64,000 nucleotides of DNA, from the NCBI GenBank assembly GCA_049515795.1, contig JBEKTT010000016.1, positions 8,271 through 72,270 on the forward strand, in the 5' to 3' direction. Position 1 is the stretch's first letter. The number at the start of each line of letters is the position of its first letter. The stretch is from Syntrophobacteraceae bacterium. Lineage in GTDB: Bacteria > Desulfobacterota > Syntrophobacteria > Syntrophobacterales > Syntrophobacteraceae. The translations under genes and the position numbers were made by a program. The notes under the pieces are model-generated. The model did not search any database, had not been told where the DNA came from, and saw only the letters and a program-made list of their open reading frames with translations. Positions 9,470 to 18,562 of this stretch are shown here, piece by piece.

Positions 9470-9946
9470 TCACTCATCCGTATCGAAGAACCACTCGAAT
9501 TGTTCTCCGCAATGGCCAAGCATCGCAAGGAGTTCTTCGGTTTTCAGTTTCATCTCCTTGGCGCCTGCCGGTCCCGCCTCATGATCGAGGCCGAGCAGGT
9601 GCAAAATCCCATGAACGACAAGCAGGTCCAGCACCGATTCGAGCGCTGCTCCAGTCTCAGCGCTCATGGCTTTGGCGGTCTCCGCTGAAATGACTACGTC
9701 TCCCAGCATTTCGGGGGCGATGTCGCTGAATTCGCCTTCGAGCATCGGAAAGGAGAGTACGTCGGTAGTACGGCCGATCTGGCGGTATTGCTGGTTAAGT
9801 CTGGCCATTTCGCCGTTATCGACGATCAGGACGCTCAGTTCCGATTCAGTGTATCCCAAGGCGTTTAAGATCCGTTTTGCCGCGTTCTCTATTGACCCCG
9901 GATTTATCTTTATCCTGCTTTGGTTCGCGACTTGGATCAAGGCCAT
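9470..9946 (-). CDS. ybeY: rRNA maturation RNase YbeY
   Basis: HGILHLLGLDHE zinc-binding motif. The ORF track starts at 9982, but ATG 9946 (MALIQV) gives the usual N-terminal length. Either start overlaps the upstream gene by >=100 nt. Confidence 0.88.
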   Translation of the reverse strand: MALIQVANQSRIKINPGSIENAAKRILNALGYTESELSVLIVDNGEMARLNQQYRQIGRTTDVLSFPMLEGEFSDIAPEMLGDVVISAETAKAMSAETGAALESVLDLLVVHGILHLLGLDHEAGPAGAKEMKLKTEELLAMLGHCGEQFEWFFDTDE

Positions 9947-12338
9947 CCGTTTTTGCCTTTCCGTTTGCAGCCGGATATTCAATTCGCTTGTGATGTATCG
10001 TCGCCAGTATCTGGTTGAAGTGCTTGGCTATCTGGTGGATGTCCTTGAGGGTAAGCTCGCATTCGTCAAGCTGCCCATCACTGAATATGGCGTTTATCAG
10101 CCTGTTTACAAGACCCTGAATCCTGGCGGGAGTAGGTTCTGTAAGGGAGCGGCAGGCCGCTTCTACGACGTCTGCCAGCAATACCAGTCCGGCTTCTCTG
10201 GTCTGGGGTTTGGGACCGGGATAGCGGAAGTCGTCAGCGTTAATCGGAGGAAGGGGTGAAGCCTTCGTGCTCTGGGCTTTTTCGCGCGCTTCCACCGCCT
10301 TGTTGTAGAAAAAGGAAATGAAGCTCTTTCCGTGATGCTGGCTGATAATGCTTATGATTTCCTTGCCCAGACGGTGCTGCTTGGCAAGTTCTATCCCGTC
10401 CTTGACGTGGGAAATGAGAATGAGGCTGCTCATAGACGGGGCGAGCTTCTCATGCCGGTTTTCGCACTCGAACTGGTTCTCGATGAAGTAGAGAGGCTTT
10501 CTTATCTTGCCGATGTCATGGTAATAGGCCGCCACTTTGGCCAAAAGGGAATTTGCCCCGATCGAGTCTGCCGAGGCCTCGACCATGTTGCCCACTATGA
10601 CGCTGTGATGGTATGTCCCGGGCGCTTCCACCATGAGCTCCCGCAGGAGCGGCTGATCCATTGTGGCGAGTTCGAGCAGCTTGATGTCGGTCGTGTAGCC
10701 GAAGAGCATCTCGGCAAGAGGGGTCAGACCGGTTGATAGAATTCCCGCGAAAATACCCCCGGACAGCCCAAAAAATGAGTCGCTCAGGACCTTCAAGAAT
10801 ACCCACTGGTCCTGGAGGAAGGCGCTTAGCACGATCAAAATGACGTTTGTAGAGCCCACGAGCAACCCGGTCTTTATGGAGACCATCCGGTTTCTGCACT
10901 GCGAAACGCCATGAGCGGCAACGAAGGCGCCTATCATAAAATAAAAGAACATTGCGAACTCTTTGCCGAAAATCATTCCGGAAAAGAGCGTGAGCACCAG
11001 CGAGAAAATCAGCGAAACCGTGACCCCGAAAAAGATGCAGGCTATCATCGCCCCGGCGCTCAAGGGAACAGCATAGATAAAGGTCTTTGTAGAAATTATT
11101 CCAGAGCTGTCGCCTATGCTGTCTCCAATCCAAAGCCCCGCCCTGGACAGCATCAGCAGGAAAATCAGAAGTATGCCCAGAAACAGGCAGTCGTGCAAAT
11201 CCAATCGTATATGAGGAAGGCTCTGCTTTACAACATGCAACACAACACCGATGCAGACCATGCTGAATGCGAAAATCGCCAGGAAGATAAAAAACCAGGA
11301 TCTGGCGGATGAGTTCCGGAGATGGTGCATAAGCTTGAGCACCTCCTCACGGCCGATGCTTTGCCCCTCACGCACCAGCATTTCGTTTCGAGCAATTTTG
11401 ATAAAAACAGGTTTAACCGAAGCGTGTGCCTCCTCACGTTTTTTTTCGGTGGCTTCCAGATTGAACGTAAGATTGGGCTGTAGAAGGGAGGATACAACCG
11501 AAGATATCAGCATCAGTTCCCTGACGTCCCGGCCTGGTTCCAGCGCCTTCATGACGATCATCTTGCGGGCTTCTTCGATATCCGGATAGGGAAACGGCGG
11601 GGGGATCAGGGTCTCTTCACCCGTGTCCAATTTGCGGATCAGAAGGTTTCCGCTCTGCTCGTCGTGACCCCATGCCTTGCTGGCAACAATGCCGCGGTCC
11701 ATTGTAGTCTTTACGAGATTTTGAATCTTTTCCTGAACTTCCAGGCTAAACTGCTGCTCGACGAGACACTTAAAGATGTCACCTTTGAGAGAGCAGCCAA
11801 GAAACTCTTCGAAATCCTTTTTCTTGCCCTGGAGCCGTTCCACATCAGTGGGGACAGCGGAGACATTACCCGGATCCGTCACAGATCTGCCGGGTCTCCG
11901 ATCTATTAATTTAAATGGTTTCCGGCCCGAGGCCGCAGGGAGGGGTTCCGATTCGAGGCTGGCCTGAGCCTCACGCATCACCTTGAACGATCCTTCGAGT
12001 TTGTCGAGAAGATTCCTGGCGATCCTCTGGTCAAAATCATAGACAATAGGCGACTGGCGTATCGTCTCTTCACGTTTCTTTGCCGTCGCCTCTTCATCTT
12101 CTATCAAAAAATCATGTTGCGCCTTTATATTGCGATCCGCAATTTCGCCCAGCCGGTAGCGAGGATTCTCGACTATGAATGAAGGACTCACCAGAGCAGC
12201 TATGACAAGACTTAAGCCCGCCAGCAGCATCCAGTTGGGGCAATAAAGGTTTTGAAGATTACAGGAAATCAAGCTGGCCAGGAGTTTCGACCTGGGTTTG
12301 CTCCTTGCCTTTTCGGGCTCACGCTTCTCCCTGTCCAT
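9846..12338 (-). CDS. 7TM-receptor HD/HDIG phosphohydrolase (PgpH/YqfF-like)
   Basis: 830 aa with a large N-terminal domain and a multi-TM block (aa ~345-560). C-terminal HD domain (HHSVIVGNMVE ... AYYHDIGK). Sits between phoH and ybeY, the conserved order. Confidence 0.82.
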   Translation of the reverse strand: MDREKREPEKARSKPRSKLLASLISCNLQNLYCPNWMLLAGLSLVIAALVSPSFIVENPRYRLGEIADRNIKAQHDFLIEDEEATAKKREETIRQSPIVYDFDQRIARNLLDKLEGSFKVMREAQASLESEPLPAASGRKPFKLIDRRPGRSVTDPGNVSAVPTDVERLQGKKKDFEEFLGCSLKGDIFKCLVEQQFSLEVQEKIQNLVKTTMDRGIVASKAWGHDEQSGNLLIRKLDTGEETLIPPPFPYPDIEEARKMIVMKALEPGRDVRELMLISSVVSSLLQPNLTFNLEATEKKREEAHASVKPVFIKIARNEMLVREGQSIGREEVLKLMHHLRNSSARSWFFIFLAIFAFSMVCIGVVLHVVKQSLPHIRLDLHDCLFLGILLIFLLMLSRAGLWIGDSIGDSSGIISTKTFIYAVPLSAGAMIACIFFGVTVSLIFSLVLTLFSGMIFGKEFAMFFYFMIGAFVAAHGVSQCRNRMVSIKTGLLVGSTNVILIVLSAFLQDQWVFLKVLSDSFFGLSGGIFAGILSTGLTPLAEMLFGYTTDIKLLELATMDQPLLRELMVEAPGTYHHSVIVGNMVEASADSIGANSLLAKVAAYYHDIGKIRKPLYFIENQFECENRHEKLAPSMSSLILISHVKDGIELAKQHRLGKEIISIISQHHGKSFISFFYNKAVEAREKAQSTKASPLPPINADDFRYPGPKPQTREAGLVLLADVVEAACRSLTEPTPARIQGLVNRLINAIFSDGQLDECELTLKDIHQIAKHFNQILATIHHKRIEYPAANGKAKTDGLDPSREPKQDKDKSGVNRERGKTDLKRLGIH

Positions 12339-12340
12339 GT

Positions 12341-13369
12341 TCAGCTTCTCTCGGCGTCCCTGGAGGTGGTCGGGCTTTTTCTTTTTTCGGCTCTCTCGTA
12401 GGCCTCGATTATGTCCTGTACGAGTTTGTGCCTGACCACGTCACGTTTTGTGAAATATACCATTCGAATTCCATGAACTCCCTGGAGCAGTTCGATTGCC
12501 TCCACCAGCCCCGAAGGTTTGTTCTCGGGTAGATCTATTTGGGTTATATCGCCGGTTATGACCGCCTTGGAACCAAGACCAAGCCTCGTTAGAAACATTT
12601 TCATCTGCTCGGCGGTCGTATTCTGCGCTTCGTCCAGAATCACGAAAGAATCGTTTAACGTGCGGCCCCGCATGAAGGCAAGTGGCGCTACCTCGATTAC
12701 CCCTCTCTGGATCAAATTATTTGCGTGCTCGAAGTCCATCATGTCGTGTAGAGCGTCATAGAGCGGCCGCAGGTAAGGGTTCACTTTCTCGGCAAGATCA
12801 CCCGGAAGAAACCCGAGTTTTTCGCCGGCTTCAACAGCGGGGCGGACAAGCACTATGCGCCGGACAACATCCTTCGACATTGCGGCAACCGCCATCGCCA
12901 TCGCAAGGTATGTCTTTCCGGTCCCGGCCGGACCTACCCCGAACGCAATATCATAGCTGCGAATAGCTTCTATGTACTCCTTCTGCTTGATGCTCTTCGG
13001 GCTGATAGCCCTTTTATTGGAGGCTATAAAAACCTGGTCGAGAAAAATATCTTTTAGACGGCGGTTGATATTATCACTTAGGATTTGAATCGCAAACAGG
13101 ATATCGCTTTCGTAGAGCGGGTAACCGTCTCGGATCAGGTCGGCCAGTTCATTGAGAAGCCGCTCGCCAACTTCCACATCGGCTCGAGCCCCGGCAACGG
13201 TAAGCTGATTGCCACGCAGGTGAACCTGGACATCGAGATGTCTTTCGATTATCTTCAGATTGGCGTTTTGTTCTCCTGCAAGCAACTGAAGCAATCTGTT
13301 ATCGTCAAAAATAACCTGTATAGAGGTTCTTTGAGGTTGGTTTCTGCGGTTTAAGACTGCCTGAGCCAA
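12341..13369 (-). CDS. PhoH-family ATPase (YbeZ-like, with N-terminal KH-like extension)
   Basis: Walker A motif GPAGTGKTYLAMAMAV and 342-aa length. First gene of the phoH-pgpH-ybeY string. Confidence 0.88.
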   Translation of the reverse strand: MAQAVLNRRNQPQRTSIQVIFDDNRLLQLLAGEQNANLKIIERHLDVQVHLRGNQLTVAGARADVEVGERLLNELADLIRDGYPLYESDILFAIQILSDNINRRLKDIFLDQVFIASNKRAISPKSIKQKEYIEAIRSYDIAFGVGPAGTGKTYLAMAMAVAAMSKDVVRRIVLVRPAVEAGEKLGFLPGDLAEKVNPYLRPLYDALHDMMDFEHANNLIQRGVIEVAPLAFMRGRTLNDSFVILDEAQNTTAEQMKMFLTRLGLGSKAVITGDITQIDLPENKPSGLVEAIELLQGVHGIRMVYFTKRDVVRHKLVQDIIEAYERAEKRKSPTTSRDAERS

Positions 13370-13623
13370 AATTATTTTGCCTCTGGAAAAGAAGATGCTG
13401 TTACCGTGTTAAACGGCAACCATCATTATTATCACGCAATTTTTGCTATGACAACAACCACATTATAAAAACCGGCATTTACTCTTGCAACCGCCCAAGA
13501 ATGCTGCCAGGATAGAAAGGGAGATCGGCAAGCAGGAAGCGGGGAGCGGATGCAAAACTCTGCCCCCTGTTTGTTGCTCCCCACTATGCGGCGGCCTTTA
13601 CTTCCACCCAATGGTGGCCAACT

Positions 13624-14229
13624 ATGAACATTCTCGACTGGGTCCTGATCTGTGCGGGAGGTTTCTGGATGCTCAGGGGCCTTATGCGCGGCGCCATCTC
13701 TCAGATAATGGGAGTCGCCGGCATTTTAACAGGTTTTATTGTGGCCTCGTACCACTACCAGCCCGTGGGCTTTTTTATAACCAGCAAGTTTCCTTCTATT
13801 TCCGGTACCGCCGCCGGGCCCCTCAGCTTCATCCTGCTGTTTCTGTTAACTTGGTTCAGTATTGCGGTGGCGGGCTCCTGGGTTGTTAGAGTCGTACGCA
13901 GCGCCGGTCTAGGGTTTCTTGACCGGCTCTGGGGCGCGATGATCGGATTCGGCAAAGCGCTCCTTTTTGCGATTGTGACGATCTCTTTTTTGACGTTGTT
14001 TTCCTTTGGTGGCAAGTCGTCGCTCGTCGCAGAGTCAACGCTTGCGCCCAGAGTAAGGGAGGCCTCTCAATTCCTCTTCAAATTGGCGCCCGTAAAGGTT
14101 CAGGAGGAGTTTTCCAGAAAGCAGAAGGAGGTCCAGAAGCTGCTGACCGAACGAACATCGGCTCTGCTGAACTCCTTCTTTGGAAACGGTAATGATTCAA
14201 AGGAAAAAGGTGAAAGAAACAAAAACTGA
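13624..14229 (+). CDS. cvpA: CvpA-family membrane protein
   Basis: 201 aa with four hydrophobic segments. The N-terminus MNILDWVLI..GLMRG resembles colicin V production protein family members. Confidence 0.7.
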   Translation: MNILDWVLICAGGFWMLRGLMRGAISQIMGVAGILTGFIVASYHYQPVGFFITSKFPSISGTAAGPLSFILLFLLTWFSIAVAGSWVVRVVRSAGLGFLDRLWGAMIGFGKALLFAIVTISFLTLFSFGGKSSLVAESTLAPRVREASQFLFKLAPVKVQEEFSRKQKEVQKLLTERTSALLNSFFGNGNDSKEKGERNKN

Positions 14230-14896
14230 TCGCTGGAACGCGATAGAGGAAATCCTCCGGATAATCGAGCGTCTACGAAGTGAGACCGGTTGCCCCTGGG
14301 ACCGAAAGCAGACCCCTGAAACAATCCAGACCTACCTTGTTGAAGAATCCCACGAAGCCGCTGCGGCAGTGCGGGCGAAAAAAGTCGACGAGGTGGCAGA
14401 AGAACTCGGGGACGTCCTCTTTATGGCGTTTTTCCTCGTTTATTTATACGAGCAGCGGGGAGATTTCAGCCTGGAAGAAGTTTGCCGCAGAGTCAGTGAA
14501 AAAATGATCCGTAGGCATCCGCACGTTTTCGGTGAAACGAGCGTGAGTTCGGCCGAGGAGGTTAAAGATAACTGGGAAATGATAAAAGCCCAGGAGAAGC
14601 GCGCAAGCGGCAAAACTCAAACCGAACCCGTCCCGGACTCCCTCCCGGCCCTTATTCGCGCACATAGAATCCTTTCGCGCCTCTCGCAAAAAGATGATGC
14701 AAATTGGAACGATCTCCTGAAACAGGGGCGTGAATTCGCCGGGGAAAGTAAAGAGCTGGCGAGCAAGATCGAGTCCGGCCGGCTCGACTCTGAGGATGAT
14801 CTGGGCCGCCTCCTTGCTCGACTGGTTAATATCGCACGCCTTAAAGGTTACCGCGCCGAGGATATCCTCCATAATTTTCTGCGAAAACTCGAATAG
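14192..14896 (+). CDS. mazG: nucleoside triphosphate pyrophosphohydrolase MazG
   Basis: Motifs CPWDRKQT and EExxE (EESHEAAAAV..EELGDVLF). The ORF starts at 14180 and an alternative ATG lies at 14192. Confidence 0.85.
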   Translation: MIQRKKVKETKTDRWNAIEEILRIIERLRSETGCPWDRKQTPETIQTYLVEESHEAAAAVRAKKVDEVAEELGDVLFMAFFLVYLYEQRGDFSLEEVCRRVSEKMIRRHPHVFGETSVSSAEEVKDNWEMIKAQEKRASGKTQTEPVPDSLPALIRAHRILSRLSQKDDANWNDLLKQGREFAGESKELASKIESGRLDSEDDLGRLLARLVNIARLKGYRAEDILHNFLRKLE

Positions 14897-14910
14897 CCAA
14901 TGCGCGGGTC

Positions 14911-14950
14911 AAGGCCTCCCGCGCACGCCCCGTCTCGCGGGTGGGTGGGC
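14911..14950 (-). repeat. mosaic intergenic repeat, copy E (terminal module only)
   Basis: AAGGCCTCCCGC..GCCCCGTCTCGCGGGTGGGTGGGC matches the right-end module of copies A/B/C (26937-26976; reverse complement of 54281-54320). Confidence 0.8.
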
Positions 14951-15003
14951 GAAAAGTCCGGTTTTCGAAGGTTTGCCGGCTTGGAATTTGTGTGGAATTT
15001 ATC

Positions 15004-15034
15004 TTGACAAAGTGGTTGGGATGAAGTCTACTCT
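15004..15034 (+). promoter_or_regulatory. possible sigma-70 promoter for the leader/aroF-tyrA transcript
   Basis: TTGACA at 15004-15009 and TACTCT (TAnnnT) at 15029-15034. The 19-nt spacing is long, so this is tentative. Confidence 0.3.
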
Positions 15035-15053
15035 GGACCGGGTAGGAGATAAT

Positions 15054-15110
15054 ATGTTCACTATATCTTATTATTACGATTATTATAACCCCAGCGAAGG
15101 GAACGCTTAA
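15054..15110 (+). CDS. Tyr-rich leader peptide MFTISYYYDYYNPSEGNA
   Basis: AGGAG at 15044-15048 lies 5 nt before the ATG. The 18-codon ORF has 5 Tyr codons within 15069-15086. It is followed by a terminator and then the tyrosine-pathway genes. Confidence 0.6.
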   Translation: MFTISYYYDYYNPSEGNA

Positions 15111-15151
15111 GGTATGCTCGGGTCCTGAGAATTAAATTTGTTTGTTTTGAA

Positions 15152-15184
15152 GCCGTGAGCACCTGGGTGCTCACGGCTTTTTTT
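15152..15184 (+). terminator. intrinsic terminator (attenuator) upstream of aroF
   Basis: 11-bp stem GCCGTGAGCAC/GTGCTCACGGC with a CTGG loop, followed by T7 at 15178-15184. Confidence 0.8.
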
Positions 15185-15229
15185 GTATGCGATTGTTCCG
15201 AAATTGGGAAAATATGGGGGGAAATCGTC

Positions 15230-16243
15230 ATGATCATTGTAATGCGTCCGGATCACCGGGAAGAAGACCTGCTCAGAATAGTCCGGCGCCTCGAGGACAC
15301 GAACCTCCGGGTGCATATCTCCAAAGGCGAGCACAGGACCATTGTGGGTGCGATTGGAGATGAACGGGTTATAGCGGAGATCCCGATGGAGTCCTTTCCG
15401 GGAGTGGAGAAGGTGCTCCCCATCTTGAAACCGTACAAGCTGGTCAGCAGGGAATTCAAGCCTGAAAACACCGTGGTGAATATAAACGGCCTTGAGATCG
15501 GCGGCCCTCAGATCCAGGTTATTGCAGGGCCCTGTGCGGTCGAGAGCCGGGAAGTTCTCGAGGAAATAGCCGAGGAGATCGAGCCTGCCGGGGTTCATTT
15601 TTTGCGCGGAGGCGCTTTCAAACCACGCACTTCACCCTACGCGTTCCAGGGCTGGGGCGAAAAGGGGTTGAAGTTCCTTGCCGGAGTCCGCGAAAAAACC
15701 GGTATGAAGGTAGTTACCGAACTTATGGATCCAAGAGATACCGTGCTGGTTTGCAAGTATGCGGACATCGTCCAGATCGGTACTCGCAACATGCAAAATT
15801 TCAGGCTCCTCACAGAGGTTGGCAACATCGATAAACCGGTCATCCTGAAACGCGGCCTCTGCGCAACTATAAAGGAATTCCTCATGTCGGCCGAATACAT
15901 AATGGCGCAGGGGAACGAAAGGGTAATTCTGTGCGAAAGGGGAATACGCACATTCGAAACCGAAACCCGAAATACCCTCGATATCAGCGCAGTGCCGCTT
16001 CTGAAGCAACTCACACATCTTCCGGTAATCGTTGACCCGAGTCACGCGGTGGGGAGGGCAGACCTTGTGCCCGCCGTCTCGAGGGCGGCCGTTGCGGCCG
16101 GCGCCGACGGGCTCCTCGTTGAAGTGCACGTGCGTCCTGAGGAAGCAATGAGCGACGGTCCTCAATCTCTTCGCCCGCAGGTTTTTCTTTCTATGATCGA
16201 GGAGTGCCGCCGGGTCGCCGAAGCGATCGGCCGGTTTATGTGA
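15230..16243 (+). CDS. aroF: 3-deoxy-7-phosphoheptulonate (DAHP) synthase, type I-beta with N-terminal regulatory domain
   Basis: The ORF starts at 15155, with likely ATG 15230 after a G-rich RBS. The KDO8PS-like DAHPS core (GPCAVES, RGGAFKPRTSPY, DPSH) is preceded by a ~70-aa ferredoxin-like domain. Confidence 0.88.
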   Translation: MIIVMRPDHREEDLLRIVRRLEDTNLRVHISKGEHRTIVGAIGDERVIAEIPMESFPGVEKVLPILKPYKLVSREFKPENTVVNINGLEIGGPQIQVIAGPCAVESREVLEEIAEEIEPAGVHFLRGGAFKPRTSPYAFQGWGEKGLKFLAGVREKTGMKVVTELMDPRDTVLVCKYADIVQIGTRNMQNFRLLTEVGNIDKPVILKRGLCATIKEFLMSAEYIMAQGNERVILCERGIRTFETETRNTLDISAVPLLKQLTHLPVIVDPSHAVGRADLVPAVSRAAVAAGADGLLVEVHVRPEEAMSDGPQSLRPQVFLSMIEECRRVAEAIGRFM

Positions 16244-16265
16244 AAGAACACAGGCATACAGGTTA

Positions 16266-17198
16266 ATGGGTGAACAAAGTATGGATGGCCCTCACTTTTG
16301 CGGCCCAACCAACTCAAGCCGCCGGTGGAATAAGCGTTCCGTAATCGGGATAATCGGCGGGCAGGGGGAAATGGGTCGGCTTTTTTCAAAGTTCTTCAGC
16401 TCGCATGGTTTTCACGTCAATATTGCCGACTTGGGTACGCCGCTTACGCCCGAGCAGGCTGTAGGCGAATCAGATATAGTCATTTTTGCCCTGCCGCTTC
16501 ATAAGACCGTCGAGATAATCAGGAGACTCGTTCCGCATACCCGGCCGGGTCAGCTCCTGATGGACCTGACCAGCCTGAAGACCGCGCCCGTGAAAGAGAT
16601 GTTGCAATCCCCCGCCAGCGTCGTCGGGCTTCACCCGATGTTTGGAGGCCGAATATCGAGCTTTAACGGCCAGACTCTGGCCGCCTGTCCCGTTCGCATC
16701 GGCCAGGCCCAGTGGCGGAGGCTGCGCGCGCTTTTTACCTCAAGTGGCATCCGGGTCAAGGAATGCAGCCCGGAAGAACACGACAGGATGATGGGCATCA
16801 TACAGGTGCTTTTCCACATTACGACCATGCTCATCGGAAGGACCTTGAGAAAGCTCGGTGCAGACATAGACGAAACTATGAATTATACGAGCCCGAGCTA
16901 CCGCATCGAAATGAACCTCGTCGGGAGGATTTTCGCGCAAAGTCCGGAACTCTATGCCGCCATCACCCAGATGAATCCCAATACCGAAGAGATTCTTTCC
17001 GCTTTGAAGGATGGCCTGGAGGTCTATGAACAATTCTACCGTTCGGGAAACCTTGATGGGTTTATCGAGGATTTCGAGCTAAGCGCTCTGCATCTTGGCG
17101 ATTTCTGCTCAGATGCATACCGCGAAAGTTCGCAAATCCTGGACTTTTCGGTTGAACTGGCCAATCATAAGAGGAACTCCAGCGGTGAAAGGGGTTGA
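16266..17198 (+). CDS. tyrA: prephenate dehydrogenase
   Basis: Rossmann motif IGIIGGQGEMG and central HPMFG motif; 310 aa. Lies immediately after aroF. Confidence 0.82.
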   Translation: MGEQSMDGPHFCGPTNSSRRWNKRSVIGIIGGQGEMGRLFSKFFSSHGFHVNIADLGTPLTPEQAVGESDIVIFALPLHKTVEIIRRLVPHTRPGQLLMDLTSLKTAPVKEMLQSPASVVGLHPMFGGRISSFNGQTLAACPVRIGQAQWRRLRALFTSSGIRVKECSPEEHDRMMGIIQVLFHITTMLIGRTLRKLGADIDETMNYTSPSYRIEMNLVGRIFAQSPELYAAITQMNPNTEEILSALKDGLEVYEQFYRSGNLDGFIEDFELSALHLGDFCSDAYRESSQILDFSVELANHKRNSSGERG

Positions 17199-17438
17199 AG
17201 TTTTGTAGCGGATCAGCTCCAAGCGCTGACAAAAAGGTCTTGGATCATCATGTATACGGGTTTCTGGGGACTTCCTGAGAAACCGGACAAAAACCCTACC
17301 CCTTGATCCTTTTCAAACAAATCCCTCATAACCGGGACTGGGTGGAGGGATCCTTGGCAGGAAACGAGAATACCCGGGGACAGCATATGGTGTGACGGTA
17401 TTGTCGGACGGTCGCACGGCGGACGGGGAAGGGTGTGT

Positions 17439-18302
17439 ATGGAAAAGCATCTGTTGCTCACAGTCGCCGATGACGTCGGATCGATCTTTGAAGCTGATTT
17501 TATCGGTTCTTTCTTCAGGAATAAAGCGGAAGTCAGAGTCACTCTTTTTTCCGTCGCACCTAAATCATACGACGAGGGTGTCGATGAGAACGGTGGCGCA
17601 CCTGAGCCGAAAGTTCCAGGTGCTCATGTCCATAGGGATAAGTGGCAAAACGCGATCCATTTGAAACGCGATATCCTTATCAGGCTTGGTTTCCTTGATG
17701 ACCACATCACCGGCAAAGTGATCAGATCTCGCTACGGAACAATTGAGGATATCATCCTCGAAGGGAAAAAGGGTCTTTATGATGCGGTTATCCTTGCAAG
17801 ACACACCGTTGAACTCCTGGACCAGACCTTTCTGACAAGTGTGAGCAGAGAGATTTTGAACCACAAGATAGACTTCCCCGTGTGGATATGCAGACATCCT
17901 GAGATAGGGCGCAGAAACGTGTTGCTTTGTGTTGATGAAGATGAGGCCAGCATGCGTATTGCCGATCATGTCGGGTTCGTTTTGCAGGGAGAAACCCAGC
18001 ATAACATAACCCTCTTCCATGTTGATACGGGGGAAAGAGCAAATCCCCGGGATATACTGGACCGGGCAAGACAAAAGCTTATGGATTATGGAATCCCGGA
18101 AACGCAGATCAAAAACCTTATAGTCCAATCTCGCAGCGTCCCCAGGTCTATCCGGGAAGAGGCTGTGAGTGGAGCATATGCCGTTATTGCTGTTGGGCAC
18201 GACAGGGCGCAGCCAAAGGGCCTGAAGGAATGGCTTGTCGGCTCAATGTGTATGAAGGTTTTGGAGATGTTGAATAGGTGTGTTCTATGGGCGAGTCAGT
18301 GA
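17439..18302 (+). CDS. universal stress protein family (tandem USP domains), tentative
   Basis: Two ~140-aa halves each begin with a hydrophobic beta-strand (HLLLTVADD; NVLLCVDEDE), with YAVIAVGH near the C-terminus. Weak motif-level call. Confidence 0.5.
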   Translation: MEKHLLLTVADDVGSIFEADFIGSFFRNKAEVRVTLFSVAPKSYDEGVDENGGAPEPKVPGAHVHRDKWQNAIHLKRDILIRLGFLDDHITGKVIRSRYGTIEDIILEGKKGLYDAVILARHTVELLDQTFLTSVSREILNHKIDFPVWICRHPEIGRRNVLLCVDEDEASMRIADHVGFVLQGETQHNITLFHVDTGERANPRDILDRARQKLMDYGIPETQIKNLIVQSRSVPRSIREEAVSGAYAVIAVGHDRAQPKGLKEWLVGSMCMKVLEMLNRCVLWASQ

Positions 18303-18562
18303 TAAAACTGCCATGGTGCCCGCAGCTTACCGGGATGGGTGCTTTAGGACTCACACCGCACCACAAATTCCGCATTCTTTGGCCAGTCCTTTGAACGGGG
18401 TCTGCAGCCAGTAACGGAATCCGCCGGTCACGGCCTGGACGCATGTCCGTCGATCCCGATCGAGATTTATCATCAAGAGGACCTCGATTGGTCCCTGTAT
18501 CAAGTTGCATTCCGATAGGTAATATAGTAAGCTGTCCCTGAACCTTAACGGAGGGGGAAGGG

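Noticed and set aside
8684-9688. 334-aa plus-strand ORF (and many similar long ORFs, e.g. 10516-11133, 15632-16165, 27112-27960, 52162-52926, 60576-61190)
   Set aside because: They lie antisense to, or out of frame within, strongly supported genes (pdxJ, the pgpH-like gene, aroF, the ABC permease, mraY, cydA). Their composition is Arg/Pro/Gly-biased and not protein-like, so they are shadow ORFs of GC-rich coding DNA.
15023-15034. The 12-mer GAAGTCTACTCT downstream of TTGACA recurs (reverse strand) at 45354-45365, next to another TTGACA (45369-45374) upstream of the antiporter gene
   Set aside because: The spacing to the TTGACA box differs (13 versus 3 nt), so it cannot be the same promoter geometry. 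With only two occurrences, chance or a repeat fragment cannot be excluded.
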